A DNA stretch of 64,000 nucleotides from a virus (lineage: Duplodnaviria; Caudoviricetes). The position numbers and the translations under genes were made by a program. The DNA lies in the IMG/VR virus record IMGVR_UViG_2833692911_000002, positions 2,332 to 66,331 of that record. One strand, given 5' to 3'. The first letter of the stretch is position 1, and each line of letters begins with the position of its first letter. The notes beneath the pieces were generated by a model. The model did no database searches. It was not told where the DNA came from and saw only the letters and a program-made list of their open reading frames with translations. Of this stretch, positions 46,234 through 56,480 are shown piece after piece.

Positions 46234-48083
46234 TGGCTAACACCACTTGGTACGGCGACGGCACGGCAACCGTCGCTGTCGGCTCTCGCAATGTGACCGG
46301 CACGGACACGGGCTGGCTGACGGAAGTAGCTGGCCTGACCCCGATCAAGGTCGGTGATAAGTTCGGCATTCACGTTGGCCGCCCGATCGTCATCGAGCAG
46401 ATCATCAGCGATACGGAACTGTTGCTTGCTGACGACTGGCCCGGTCCCGCGCAGACGGACGCGCCTTATAAGGTCGAGCTGACGTCGCCAACGATTGCCG
46501 CTGTTGAAGCGATGCGCCGACTGCTGGCTTCGTTGTCGAATGGCAATCTGGACAGCCTTTCTGAAATCTCGGTTGGCACCGACGATATTCCGATTGGCAT
46601 TGGCCCGGGTGTTTTCGGCACCATCAACAAAGCGGCTCTGGTTCAAGGCGTCCAGTATGACGCGTGGGTAGCAAACCTTGCTGGCAGGGCGGCTTACAAT
46701 GGCGCTGCTGCGGGTTTCTCCGTCCTCGTTATCGACATTGGAGACGGTCGCTCTGCGCTTTACTTCAAGAACTCGGCGACGTCGGTAGATTGGAGTGCAC
46801 CGTCTTATGTAACCGGTCCCGTTGGTCTGGCTGGCGTCAATCAGCGCGGCAACTACAGTGCGGGCACGGCATACGCGATCCGAGATATCGTGCAGTACGG
46901 CGGTTCGACGTGGATCGCCAAGGTCGCGACGACCGGCAACGCGCCGCCGGCTCTTCCGACGATCGAGAACACGCAGTGGCTCTTGTTCGCTCGGTCCGGC
47001 ACTCCGGGTGTTGTCGATCGCGGCGTATATAGTGCAGCGACTGCCTATGAGGCGAACGACATTGTTCTCAATAACGGCTCGACGTGGCTTGCGCTTCAGC
47101 CAACTACAGGCAATCCGCCTCCGACATTGCCGACCGAAAGTAATGCCTACTGGCGCCTGTTGGCGCGCAAAGGGACGGATGGCTCGGGGACGGGTGATGT
47201 TGTTGGGCCGGCGGGGGCGGGTGACAGCTCGATCGTCGGGTACGACGGGACAACAGGAAAACTGGTAAAGCAGCTCACACCCCTTCAGGCTCAGGCAGCC
47301 TCTGGGGTGCGTGAGGTTCTGACCGCGAACCGGGTGTATTATGTGAGAACGGGGGGCAGTAACTCAAACAACGGGTTGACAAATACCGATGCTGGAGCAT
47401 TTGCGACACTTCAGTATGCTTACGATTTTGTTGCAAAAAAACTAGACATGAATGGTTTCAGCGTAACCATAAACATGGCGGATGGATATCACACGACTGG
47501 CCTCAACGCCTCGATCGGGCTTACAGGTGGCAATGTGATATTCATCCGAGGAAACACAACAACTCCCGGGAACTGCTTTCTTGAAGTTACAAATTCGCAC
47601 GGCATACTGAACAGGGCGAGAAATCTAACCATAAACGTTGGCGGCCTTAGGCTTTCAGCCTTAATCGCTGGAACCTGTCTCTGGGCAAGCGGAGGCAACA
47701 TAGAACTTGGTGCCAATTGCCTTTTTGCGATTGCGGCTAACGGAGACCATTTCTTAGCGACAGATGGGGGGAACATAGTTGTAAGTGCTGACTATTCTGT
47801 TGCTGGTAATTGTGTCAATCATTGGCACGCTTATGGTCAGGGGCAGATTACATGCCAGAACAGAACAATAACCGTAAGCGCTGCTGTTTCAATGACCCGA
47901 TGGTGCGGAGTAGCAACAGCACTCTTAACGTCCACCGGATGCACATTTACAGGTAAAGCAAATGTTTCCGGCGCAACATATTTGGTGCATAGAAATGGTG
48001 TTATAATCGTTGAAGGTTCGGGAGCAAACTATTTCCCCGGAACCGCGGCGGGGACTGTGCAGACTGGAGGGCAATATGTGTGA
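46233..48083 (+). CDS. Tail fibre / receptor-binding protein
   Basis: Two CBM-like repeats (RGNYSAGTAY...GSTWIA; RGVYSAATAY...GSTWLA); AT-richer beta-helix-like C-terminus. Confidence 0.85.
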   Translation: MANTTWYGDGTATVAVGSRNVTGTDTGWLTEVAGLTPIKVGDKFGIHVGRPIVIEQIISDTELLLADDWPGPAQTDAPYKVELTSPTIAAVEAMRRLLASLSNGNLDSLSEISVGTDDIPIGIGPGVFGTINKAALVQGVQYDAWVANLAGRAAYNGAAAGFSVLVIDIGDGRSALYFKNSATSVDWSAPSYVTGPVGLAGVNQRGNYSAGTAYAIRDIVQYGGSTWIAKVATTGNAPPALPTIENTQWLLFARSGTPGVVDRGVYSAATAYEANDIVLNNGSTWLALQPTTGNPPPTLPTESNAYWRLLARKGTDGSGTGDVVGPAGAGDSSIVGYDGTTGKLVKQLTPLQAQAASGVREVLTANRVYYVRTGGSNSNNGLTNTDAGAFATLQYAYDFVAKKLDMNGFSVTINMADGYHTTGLNASIGLTGGNVIFIRGNTTTPGNCFLEVTNSHGILNRARNLTINVGGLRLSALIAGTCLWASGGNIELGANCLFAIAANGDHFLATDGGNIVVSADYSVAGNCVNHWHAYGQGQITCQNRTITVSAAVSMTRWCGVATALLTSTGCTFTGKANVSGATYLVHRNGVIIVEGSGANYFPGTAAGTVQTGGQYV

Positions 48084-48309
48084 TGCTCACGGAGTCTTAT
48101 AGGTACCGTAAACTGGGGAGGTTGTCGGCGGAGACATGTTCATTTTTGTAGAACCGCCCCCGTTGTCGCTGCAAATCTCCCACGGCCATTGAGAACCGGC
48201 TTGCGGTTTCGGGCAGACGTTTTCCTTATCCCCCGGCAGGAAGAAGGCGGCCGCTATACCTACGAGGACAGCAACGAACGCGGTCGTAGCAACAGGGACG
48301 TCGATTGAG

Positions 48310-49419
48310 TCATGCATGCGCTGTCCTCTTTGACGAGATGTTGGCGATCAGCTTACGTCCGAAGACGCGGCCTGGTACTTCAATGCGGGTATATATCAGC
48401 CATGCGGCGAAAATTGAAGCGGCTACAGCTGCAATAAAGCCGAAGGTGAAACCTGCAAAGGGCTGCACCTTGTCCATGACGAACCAGCCAACGGGAACAT
48501 GGATCAGGTAGAGCGAATAGCTGATGTCAGCAAGGAAGCTAACGGCCTTCGGCATGGTCTTTGGGTTCCAGAGCATGCATCCATAAAAAATTACGATTGC
48601 AAGGGGGTATGTCCAAGCCTTCCGAGGATCGTTCCACATCTGATCAGGCCAGATCGCATCAAACATGCCGTACATCATCAGAAGTGAACCGGCGACGAAC
48701 ACAATCGCAACATCGTGCCGCATCTTGCCCCCTTGGAGAAGGAAGAATACGCGACCGATGATGAACATCGGCAAATAACCAAGGTGAGAGGTGTGTGACG
48801 GTGCGTGTCCGAAAGCGTTTGTTGCCACAGCCACGCCACAGCAAGCGACAGCCAGAGCGAACGTTGATGCAACCGGTCTGGACTTTATGAGAGGCATGAA
48901 CAAGCAAACGATGGCGTAAAAGACCACCTCTGGAAATAGCGTCCAAGTCACCTGGAGAACGGTTGCACTGGGCCAAAAGAACTGATCGAGCAAGAACATG
49001 CTCAGCAGGTAATCAGTCACTTTGATGTGGGGACGGGAAATAGATCCAATGGTGTTGAGGATCGAAAGGATAATGATGGCAGCGATCAGGGCTGGCAGCA
49101 GCCGGAAGACGCGCTTGACGGCGAATGGCATTCGCTCCTCACGCTCGGCCACAAAGCTGATGATGTAACCGGAGATCAGGAAAAACACCATAACACCCAA
49201 ATGGCCGCCGGACTGATAGAGATGCAGTGGTCCGGCCACCATCCGGTCAAACAGCGTCAGCGGCAACCATGTGCCGTGGTACTGCCACTCGGCCATAAGA
49301 GCGAGATGCGCCCACATCACCGGCAAGGGTGCCATTGCGCGGAGGATGTGGATGAACGGTATTTGCTGCTCGTGGTTCTGCATCGTTGCCCAAAAAAACT
49401 GGTGAAAGTAGGAAATCAT
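48310..49419 (-). CDS. Acyltransferase-3 (OafA/Oac-like) membrane O-acyltransferase
   Basis: LRAMA...H, GVMVFFLISGY, KRVFRLLP, WTLFPEVVFY, SYSLYLIH. Confidence 0.9.
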   Translation of the reverse strand: MISYFHQFFWATMQNHEQQIPFIHILRAMAPLPVMWAHLALMAEWQYHGTWLPLTLFDRMVAGPLHLYQSGGHLGVMVFFLISGYIISFVAEREERMPFAVKRVFRLLPALIAAIIILSILNTIGSISRPHIKVTDYLLSMFLLDQFFWPSATVLQVTWTLFPEVVFYAIVCLFMPLIKSRPVASTFALAVACCGVAVATNAFGHAPSHTSHLGYLPMFIIGRVFFLLQGGKMRHDVAIVFVAGSLLMMYGMFDAIWPDQMWNDPRKAWTYPLAIVIFYGCMLWNPKTMPKAVSFLADISYSLYLIHVPVGWFVMDKVQPFAGFTFGFIAAVAASIFAAWLIYTRIEVPGRVFGRKLIANISSKRTAHA

Positions 49420-49509
49420 TATCGGTGGGGGTGAGGTGTGTCTAGGCGCGTTGGTTGAACACCAACCGATTCTGTGCGACCTGTTGCGCGGGGAACTACA
49501 GGAGAATGC

Positions 49510-50439
49510 ATGAATTCCGCGACTTTCTGGTCAGCCGCGTATTTCGATACCAATGCTATACGGTCCGAGTGGCAAGCTCACCCGATGTCGCTTGAGCGAC
49601 TGCATCGATTGCAGGGAGGGGATTTTCGGGAAGACTGGTTCTTTAAGCGGTATCTGAACTCTGCTCCAATTGAACGAGCGGCAAGCGTCGGGGCAGGCAG
49701 AGCGGAAACTGAAGTTCAGATGATCCTAAAGGGTCATGTTCATCACTTCGATCTCTATGACATTTCGCCGGATGGAATCAATTCTGCCAAGGTAACGCTT
49801 GAACAGCACGGCCTTGCGGATCGTGTCACATGTCACGTGGTGGAGCCTGGCGTGCCGGCGTTGCCTCGGTCGCAATACGATCTGGTCATGTTCGTCGCTT
49901 CGCTGCACCATATGCCAGAGCTACCGAAAACGCTGGTGGCGGCGGTCGATGGATTACGAGAAAACGGTTATCTCTGGTGCGTGAACGAATATATTGGGCC
50001 AGATCGGTTCAACTATCCAGCTCACCATGTTGATGTAGCCGCTCGGGTTCATTCCAGGCTGCCGGCAGAGTTTCGGAAGCATCAATTGGACTTCATCGAG
50101 TTGCCCACTCCTGAGGAGGTGGCGGCAGCAGACCCAAGCGAGGCGCCAACTTCATCCCAAATCCTGCCGACGATGCGGGCCATGTTCCCGAAGATGGAAG
50201 TTAAGGATCTCTACGGCGCTTTTGCTTTTATCATTTTCTGGGGGCTTCAGCACGATGCCCTTTACGACACCGAAGAGGGCCGGGTTTTGGTCCGGCACCT
50301 CTTGGAAATTGATGAGGTCCTTGGCGAAAGTGGGTTCTTGCCAAGTTACTTTGCGCACTTGGTTGTCAAAAGGCCTAAGAACTTCAATCGTCTATCGACG
50401 ATTATACGGTTCAAGGCTAGGGCGCTTCTTGGTTTCTGA
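49510..50439 (+). CDS. Class I SAM-dependent methyltransferase
   Basis: SVGAGRA, YDIS, YDLV...SLHH, NEYIGP. Confidence 0.85.
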   Translation: MNSATFWSAAYFDTNAIRSEWQAHPMSLERLHRLQGGDFREDWFFKRYLNSAPIERAASVGAGRAETEVQMILKGHVHHFDLYDISPDGINSAKVTLEQHGLADRVTCHVVEPGVPALPRSQYDLVMFVASLHHMPELPKTLVAAVDGLRENGYLWCVNEYIGPDRFNYPAHHVDVAARVHSRLPAEFRKHQLDFIELPTPEEVAAADPSEAPTSSQILPTMRAMFPKMEVKDLYGAFAFIIFWGLQHDALYDTEEGRVLVRHLLEIDEVLGESGFLPSYFAHLVVKRPKNFNRLSTIIRFKARALLGF

Positions 50440-50442
50440 CGC

Positions 50443-52005
50443 CTATCGCAAAATGCGCAAGCGCTTAAGAAGTCGGAAAGGAATTGAGGATTTGATTGTC
50501 CCGAGCTCCCTGGTTGCAAGATCGTATTTCGCGATCGCTTTAGTTTTCTCGGAAGCTAGTATTCTCTGTTCCATAAGCATCCGAGAGCGCTCATTTAAAA
50601 GCCTGTCTCTCTCGATCATGAGAGCGTCCCTCTCGGTGAGCAATTTGTTTTGCTCAACAAGTAACGATTTTCTTTCTTCGAGGATAGAGGGCTCGCCTTG
50701 AAAATCCTTTTCCAGCTTGGCGATGTACTGCTTCTGCTCAAGGGTCTCCAATTTGAGTTCAGCAAATTGGACGGGTGCTCGTTGCGGACCGGGAAAGTCG
50801 ACGGACAGCTTTCTGCTGTCGGCAGAAGGAGGAAAGGGTACTGTGCCCCATTGGTGTTTTGGCTCTGATCGGTATGCATCCGAGTGACACCTGGCAATTT
50901 CCGAAAGTGGTGGGCTCGTAAGTCGCCAAGAGTAGTAGTCGAAATCAAAAAGAAGATCGAAGGGTATCAGATAACAAAGGGCAAACCATTCCAGAAACAG
51001 GTCGCGTTCGGCGGTCTGTAAGATGTCGATGGGCTTGATCGGGCTATCACCAAAAATTCGCGCGCTTTTGCCCCAGAATATGGCCTCTATCCCGAGGCTG
51101 GAATTGACGGTCCAGACCTCGTCCACGCTAGCCAAAAATTCGAGCGGTGACGGGCGTAAATCAATTTTGCCGGGATAGATGGCAGCGCCGCCCGGATGCA
51201 GGCGTAGAAGCGCCGTCTCCGCGTCAGCCGAGCGCCTGGCGTGATTGATGAGCGAGAGGTTGTTCCAGCCGTTCCCGTAGGCCAGCGCATTCGAGTCTGT
51301 TTCTACCTGCAAGGCAAGTCCGATTTTTGCCTGTGGTTCTGACCCTCTGATGATCTGCGCGCTCAGCGGATCCGCCAAGAGCAATCGAAGGTCTTCTGTA
51401 GATCCTCCATCTGGATACGCCGAATTTCGCCACGCGGTGAATTCAGCTTTTTCGTGCTGCCAACGTTTCTCAACTTCAGTTTCGCCGTTCACTCCGTGTC
51501 GATCCCAATAGGCAGTCGGTCGATAGTATGGCTTTCGGAATGGGCCGAATTCATTGAATACGAGCGGACAGTCTTCAGAATACGCGGCTGACCGCAGGGA
51601 AGCGTTGTTGAGCCAGGTGACCACCCCAACAGGCTCACTGGCCTTCTCTTTAATCTCCCTCAGGGCTTCGACGTAAAATTGCTTCAGGGCTGGGATGTCC
51701 TGACCGATCAACTCAACAAACTCGGTAGTTGGAGGGCGATCAGCCGACGATGAAGAGGAGTGAGGATAAAGGATGACGTCTGTGGTCTGGCTGATGCTGC
51801 TGGATGGCAAAAACTGGTTGAAGTTTATGCTCTGCTCGGACAGCTCCCACCTTGTATTATCGCCAAGGGCCGTGACGTAGGCCTCGGGCATTATGATCGT
51901 TGTCTTCTTGTCTCTTGTTTCGTGCATCCATTTTTGGAGCACCCAGAAATAATAGGTTTCATGTCCGGTCGCAGAGACCGGAGGGACCACGAAAACAAAA
52001 TGCAC
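50443..52005 (-). CDS. Polysaccharide-modifying glycosyltransferase (KpsS/GT99 Kdo-transferase-like) with C-terminal coiled coil
   Basis: EFGPFR...AYWDRHGVNG, LQVETDSN, RLHP, TVNSSLGIEA; heptad repeats LTERDALMIERDRLLNERS. Confidence 0.7.
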   Translation of the reverse strand: MHFVFVVPPVSATGHETYYFWVLQKWMHETRDKKTTIIMPEAYVTALGDNTRWELSEQSINFNQFLPSSSISQTTDVILYPHSSSSSADRPPTTEFVELIGQDIPALKQFYVEALREIKEKASEPVGVVTWLNNASLRSAAYSEDCPLVFNEFGPFRKPYYRPTAYWDRHGVNGETEVEKRWQHEKAEFTAWRNSAYPDGGSTEDLRLLLADPLSAQIIRGSEPQAKIGLALQVETDSNALAYGNGWNNLSLINHARRSADAETALLRLHPGGAAIYPGKIDLRPSPLEFLASVDEVWTVNSSLGIEAIFWGKSARIFGDSPIKPIDILQTAERDLFLEWFALCYLIPFDLLFDFDYYSWRLTSPPLSEIARCHSDAYRSEPKHQWGTVPFPPSADSRKLSVDFPGPQRAPVQFAELKLETLEQKQYIAKLEKDFQGEPSILEERKSLLVEQNKLLTERDALMIERDRLLNERSRMLMEQRILASEKTKAIAKYDLATRELGTIKSSIPFRLLKRLRILR

Positions 52006-52119
52006 CTTAAACCCTCGTTTTCATCGCTGTCTCAGTAGAGCGCGGACGTTTTATCCGGCTGTTTTAGTCAAGCTGGATAGAAGCGGCAAACGGAAATCAA
52101 TCACAATCAGCTGAACAAT

Positions 52120-52175
52120 ATGGCTCGGGAAACGCTTCCCGTCGCTGTCGACCTATGTTTGGTCACGAGGGCGGC
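52120..52175 (+). pseudogene. Frameshifted N-terminal remnant of a GH108-type lysozyme
   Basis: MARETLPVAVDL then MFGHEGG in a shifted frame; upstream of the intact endolysin. Confidence 0.5.
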
Positions 52176-52612
52176 CGTTCCGGATCAGTGCAGTCCGACC
52201 AAACTAAGACGGTCAACACGAACGGAAACCGCGCCCATCGCTTGGCCGGTAGCGCAACCCGGCACTTCATGGCGGGGAGCTAAAAGAGGCTCGCACGGTG
52301 GCTGGGGGGTGTTGAGCGCGAGCCTCAGTGCTGTGAACAAGATACAATGCACAGCGCGATACAATGCGCGACATTTGAAATCGTTCCATTATACGGAGGC
52401 CCGTCGCTCCTCGTAAGCGCCTGGGCCTCCACGCCGCAGCCTGTTTCAGGGGACATGCGGCGCTTCCTCATAATGGCAGGAAACCAAAAACAAAAGACCC
52501 GCGCAACGGGGGACGTTTGCGCGGGTCTTTAGGCCATAAGCTGGGGAAATGGCGCGGTCTAAACGCGCCGGCCGCCAGAATGTTCCCGGCCCACTCCTCA
52601 AAAGGAAAATCA

Positions 52613-53539
52613 ATGCCAATCACCCAAATCTCCACACAGGGGAGGGCTTTCGTGCGCCTGCATGAGGGCAATCCGCTGACCGCCTATCTCGATCCTGTCG
52701 GGGTGCCGACTATTGGAACCGGCTTCACAATGCGGAGCGATTCAGTGCGTCGCGAGCTGGCCAAGATCGGCATCACCAAGCTCGTGCCTGGCAAGACCAA
52801 GATCACGGCCGCGCAGAGCGACGCCATCCTCGATGCCGTGCTTGCCGCTGAATACGTGCCCGCTGTTGTTGCCGGCTCTCCATCCGACCGCAAGCAGCAC
52901 GAGATCGACGCGGCGGCCTCCGTGACGTTCAATCTTGGCGTTGGCGCCATGAAGTGGACGTGGGCCGACTACTGGCGCAAAGGCCAGATCAAGAAGGCCG
53001 CAGCTCATCTCGCATCCAACTACAATACGGCTAAAGGCAAGAAGCTGCCGGGTCTCGTGCGCCGCCGCAAGGAGGAGGCCCTGCTTTTTGAGAAGGGCAT
53101 CTACACCGGCGTAGCTGGCGCGACGAAGGAAGCCACCACCGAGCCGCCTGAGCAGCCTGATCCAGTTGTGAAGGAAGCGCAGGAGCTGCTGACGGCGGCT
53201 GGCCTCAATCCCGGCGCTATCGACGGCTGGATGGGCGAGAAGACCAAGGCCGCAGTAATTGCTTACCAGAAGGCGCACCCACACCTCATCGCCGATGGCA
53301 TCATTGGTCCTGCCACGCTCGCTCAGCTGCGGCGCGACGCCTCGGCCGCAAGGGAAGTCGTGACGAAGGGTGTCGGCTCAGCTGCAAGCTCAGGCTTACT
53401 CGCTTTCGTGGCTGGCCTTCCTTGGGGGTGGATCGTCGCCGGCGTCGCTGTCGCTGCTGTTGCGTATGTCGCCTATCGCAATCGCGATGTCATCGCTCGC
53501 CGCTGGAATAGCTGGCGCGGGAAGGAGGTGGTGGTTTGA
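52613..53539 (+). CDS. Endolysin: GH24 lysozyme + peptidoglycan-binding domain + C-terminal TM
   Basis: HEG...YLDPVGVPTIGTG, FNLG, LPGLVRRRKEE; IDGWMGEKT...DGIIGPAT. Confidence 0.92.
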   Translation: MPITQISTQGRAFVRLHEGNPLTAYLDPVGVPTIGTGFTMRSDSVRRELAKIGITKLVPGKTKITAAQSDAILDAVLAAEYVPAVVAGSPSDRKQHEIDAAASVTFNLGVGAMKWTWADYWRKGQIKKAAAHLASNYNTAKGKKLPGLVRRRKEEALLFEKGIYTGVAGATKEATTEPPEQPDPVVKEAQELLTAAGLNPGAIDGWMGEKTKAAVIAYQKAHPHLIADGIIGPATLAQLRRDASAAREVVTKGVGSAASSGLLAFVAGLPWGWIVAGVAVAAVAYVAYRNRDVIARRWNSWRGKEVVV

Positions 53540-53775
53540 TCCTCTTGTGGGCAAAACTCAAAGGCTACCTAGCCGCAATCGGTACGGCGCTCGCGATCCT
53601 CGCGGGCGTCTTTTTGTATGGCCAGAGGGCAGGGCGCTCCGCGGCAAAAGACGAACAGGCCGCAGCAAATGCCAAGGCCACCAAGAAGGCCGGGGATGTC
53701 GAAAATGAAATCAGGAATTTGGATGACGCTGGCGTTGATGACGCTCTTGGCAAGTGGATGCGCGACAAGCGGTAG
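53536..53775 (+). CDS. Inner-membrane spanin (Rz-like)
   Basis: N-terminal TM plus helix; follows endolysin. Confidence 0.7.
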   Translation: MILLWAKLKGYLAAIGTALAILAGVFLYGQRAGRSAAKDEQAAANAKATKKAGDVENEIRNLDDAGVDDALGKWMRDKR

Positions 53776-53896
53776 CTACTGCGATATCGCGCGCCCGGTG
53801 CGTCCTTCTGTCGATGACCAGATGACGCCAGAAACCAAGCGGCAAATCTTGGCTGAGAATGAGAAGCTGATGAAGCTGTGCGGGGTGAAACCGTGA
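53705..53896 (+). CDS. Outer-membrane spanin lipoprotein (Rz1-like)
   Basis: Lipobox LASGC; overlaps i-spanin in another frame. Confidence 0.75.
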   Translation: MKSGIWMTLALMTLLASGCATSGSYCDIARPVRPSVDDQMTPETKRQILAENEKLMKLCGVKP

Positions 53897-54237
53897 CCGG
53901 CGCCGAGATCATGGCGGTTGCGGGTTTCTTCGTGATGCTCTTCGGTTTCTTCTTCGGGCTGTGGAAGTACGTCGACGCGAAGATCAGTGCAGCAAAGACC
54001 GAAGCATCCGCAGCGGCGTCGGCGGCCTCGGCGATGGCATCTCTGGCGAGGGAAGAACTCGCGGCGCACCGGCTGCACGTGGCCGAAACGTATGTTTCCA
54101 AGTCCGGCCTTCGGGAGCAGACGGAGCAGATCATGGGCGCTATTGGCGCCGTGAAGGATGCCGTCGACAAGATGACTATGCGCGTCGATCGGATTGTCGA
54201 AAATCAGTCGAAGCCGCGGACGACGAGGTCTGGGTAA
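53893..54237 (+). CDS. Membrane protein of lysis cassette (holin/antiholin candidate)
   Basis: One N-terminal TM plus coiled coil. Confidence 0.55.
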   Translation: MTGAEIMAVAGFFVMLFGFFFGLWKYVDAKISAAKTEASAAASAASAMASLAREELAAHRLHVAETYVSKSGLREQTEQIMGAIGAVKDAVDKMTMRVDRIVENQSKPRTTRSG

Positions 54238-54241
54238 AAAG

Positions 54242-54270
54242 AAAAAGCCCGACACTAAGGCCGGGCTTTT
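54242..54270. terminator. Bidirectional terminator
   Basis: AAAAGCCCG...CGGGCTTTT between convergent genes. Confidence 0.7.
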
Positions 54271-54291
54271 CATGCTTGTAGCGAATGGCTA

Positions 54292-54954
54292 TCAGAACTT
54301 TACGCCGAGGCCGACGCGGATAGCGTGCTGGTCGATATCAGAGTTGATGGTGCCGCCACCTGTGCCGGCGAAATCGAAGGTCTTGTCGCCGAAGTCGGTG
54401 TAGCGATATTCCACGCGGGCGAACACGTTGTCCGTGAAGGCATAATCCAGACCAACGCCGAGGGTGTAGCCGTTGAACGTTTCTTTCTCTTCACCGAAGC
54501 CTGCTACGTCAGCATAGCCGCGAGCATAAGCCCAGCCGGCAGTACCGTACACGAGAGCGCGGTCAAAGGCGTAGCCAACGCGGCCGCGAACCGAACCCTG
54601 CCAGTCGAAGCCGTAGTCGAGAGCGCCGCCGAACGCAGTGTTGTCTGCCCAGTTCTTGTCGAAATCAGCCTCGAGACCGACCACCCAGCTGTTGCCGAAA
54701 TCATAGTTGTAACCAACGAAGCCGCCGAGGATTCCGCCGTCGAAATCCTCCGAGAAGCTACCTGCGGTGCCGCTAATTTCGATGTCCTGGTTGTTCCAGT
54801 TGTAGCCACCCTGAACACCAATGGTGAAACCAGTCCAGCTGAACACTGGCGCCACATCAGCAACAGGCGCTGCGGGTACTTCAGAAACCGCGTCAGCAGC
54901 CATAGCGGTGGACGCTGCCAAAACAAAAGCCAGGGTCGCGAATGTCTTTTTCAT
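54292..54954 (-). CDS. Omp25/RopB family outer-membrane beta-barrel
   Basis: Signal peptide, FSWTG, GSVRGRVGYAFDRALVYGTAG, RVEYRYTDFG, terminal F. Confidence 0.92.
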   Translation of the reverse strand: MKKTFATLAFVLAASTAMAADAVSEVPAAPVADVAPVFSWTGFTIGVQGGYNWNNQDIEISGTAGSFSEDFDGGILGGFVGYNYDFGNSWVVGLEADFDKNWADNTAFGGALDYGFDWQGSVRGRVGYAFDRALVYGTAGWAYARGYADVAGFGEEKETFNGYTLGVGLDYAFTDNVFARVEYRYTDFGDKTFDFAGTGGGTINSDIDQHAIRVGLGVKF

Positions 54955-55138
54955 GGTCTGAACTCCTAAATTTGAGTATCAACTAAATAACAATTCTCTG
55001 AAAAATGCTGTAGCACATGGGCAACACTCGCAACCCAAGCGTATCTGGGGTGGGATGTTGCTCCTCAGGAGTGTCGAATTCACGCGGACGTGTATCAATT
55101 TTATCTGTAAGTTTGACGCTTCGGTGTTATTGCGCCCC

Positions 55139-55405
55139 ATGAGCGAATTCAGAATAGAGCCAATCACGATCAATTGGGGTAATTTCGAAACCCTCGAAAC
55201 TGCCACTGATCTCGCGCGGGTTCTTCTTCACAAATGGCCAGGTGGCACAGAAGCGCAGGCATACGTTACTGCGCTCATGGTCTGCTCAGCCGTTCTCGAA
55301 AATGGGTTGGATGACCGACCTGAGGATGCGCGTCTAGCTTTTGTCGAAGCCGTTCATGAGGCAGGGCTGTCGGTTTCTCCGGATGATGACGAGCTCGACT
55401 TGTGA
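55139..55405 (+). CDS. DUF982 family protein
   Basis: LLHKWP...Y..AL..C..VL...EDARLAFVEA. Confidence 0.8.
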   Translation: MSEFRIEPITINWGNFETLETATDLARVLLHKWPGGTEAQAYVTALMVCSAVLENGLDDRPEDARLAFVEAVHEAGLSVSPDDDELDL

Positions 55406-55427
55406 AGGAAGGCTGGTTTATCGGGCC

Positions 55428-55646
55428 TCAGTCTCCCACCACTTTCAAGACCGGTGGCGCGCCTTCGGCTCTAAATGTCTTGATGTCCACCTGCGTCAAC
55501 GGCCCGCGCGACGTCATCATCTGCAGAGTGGAGACTTCTACATCTAGGCCAGTCTTGTGTATTTCTTTTATGGCATCATTCATTTGGCGAAGCGCCATGC
55601 CCAGCCGCTGCTCCGCGTTCTTCTGTCTGGTGATGCGGGTTATCAT
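55428..55646 (-). CDS. Small hypothetical protein
   Basis: SD AAGGAG before MITRITRQ. Confidence 0.6.
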   Translation of the reverse strand: MITRITRQKNAEQRLGMALRQMNDAIKEIHKTGLDVEVSTLQMMTSRGPLTQVDIKTFRAEGAPPVLKVVGD

Positions 55647-55809
55647 CGGGGTGGCTCCTTGTGCGGATAATGCTCCCAGCAATGCCAGGATGACCTTTCG
55701 ATTTTGTTTCGGCTAAAGCCAAACCCACCCCATTTACGACACCCCGGATGCTCACACCAGTGGTTCTCGTGGATGCCGTCGCCGGCCTTGTTGGTCTGGT
55801 CGCTCATGC

Positions 55810-56286
55810 TTACCTCGGCATCTTGGCTATGGTGATTTTCACATCACCCTTCACGCTGCATCGTTTGCATTTCAGTCGCTTGGCAATTTCGTCCACTGTA
55901 GTGTCCGTCTTCGCCGCGCGGTTCAGTTGCCAGTGCGGGATATTTGAAACGTGGCCGCAGTAGTTGCACTTGGCAACGACAATCTCCCAATTCCGAATTT
56001 CCTTCACTCTAACGGCCGGCGGCTTTGCTTGTTTCATCGCCTCGATCTGGCTGCCGGAGCGTGAGTGGTAGTGAAGCATGCAGCGACCGGAATAACCTTC
56101 CATTGGCCTAGCGCACTTGATGACTTCTTGGGAAATGCGCCGCAGCATCGTCGGCATCGACAGATCGCCAAACTCAATCATGAGCTCGCCAGAGCTGATG
56201 AATTTTAGCAGTTCGCATTCCTCACATATGACACCGACAGGCTCGCCGCCGTAGTCCGAAAGCAGATAAGCTCCTTCACCTGGCAT
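55810..56286 (-). CDS. Double zinc-ribbon protein
   Basis: CEEC...C...C and CNYC...CKRC. Confidence 0.7.
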   Translation of the reverse strand: MPGEGAYLLSDYGGEPVGVICEECELLKFISSGELMIEFGDLSMPTMLRRISQEVIKCARPMEGYSGRCMLHYHSRSGSQIEAMKQAKPPAVRVKEIRNWEIVVAKCNYCGHVSNIPHWQLNRAAKTDTTVDEIAKRLKCKRCSVKGDVKITIAKMPR

Positions 56287-56476
56287 TTCTGTCGGCGTCC
56301 GGTTTCCATCCCCTCGTGAAACCGGTTCCCATGGCGGCAGTCGCCAGCGCAAGCTGGAGCCGCAAATGTTGGATGTCTTCCATCAGCGTCTCGATCGCGG
56401 CCCGGCTGTCGCCGTCGTGCCATGCAATGATGTGGTCGACCGGATCGGCTTGGGGTTCTCTTGATTGTGGGCGCAC
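56276..56476 (-). CDS. Small conserved rhizobial-type hypothetical protein
   Basis: HDGDSRAAIETL...GFTRGW; CACCAC-GAGGA leader. Confidence 0.7.
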   Translation of the reverse strand: MRPQSREPQADPVDHIIAWHDGDSRAAIETLMEDIQHLRLQLALATAAMGTGFTRGWKPDADRNAR

Positions 56477-56480
56477 GGGG

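Noticed and set aside
48087-48317. Minus-strand 76-aa ORF after the acyltransferase
   Set aside because: It has a hydrophobic stretch and overlaps the upstream stop, but there is no recognisable family or clear RBS; left uncalled
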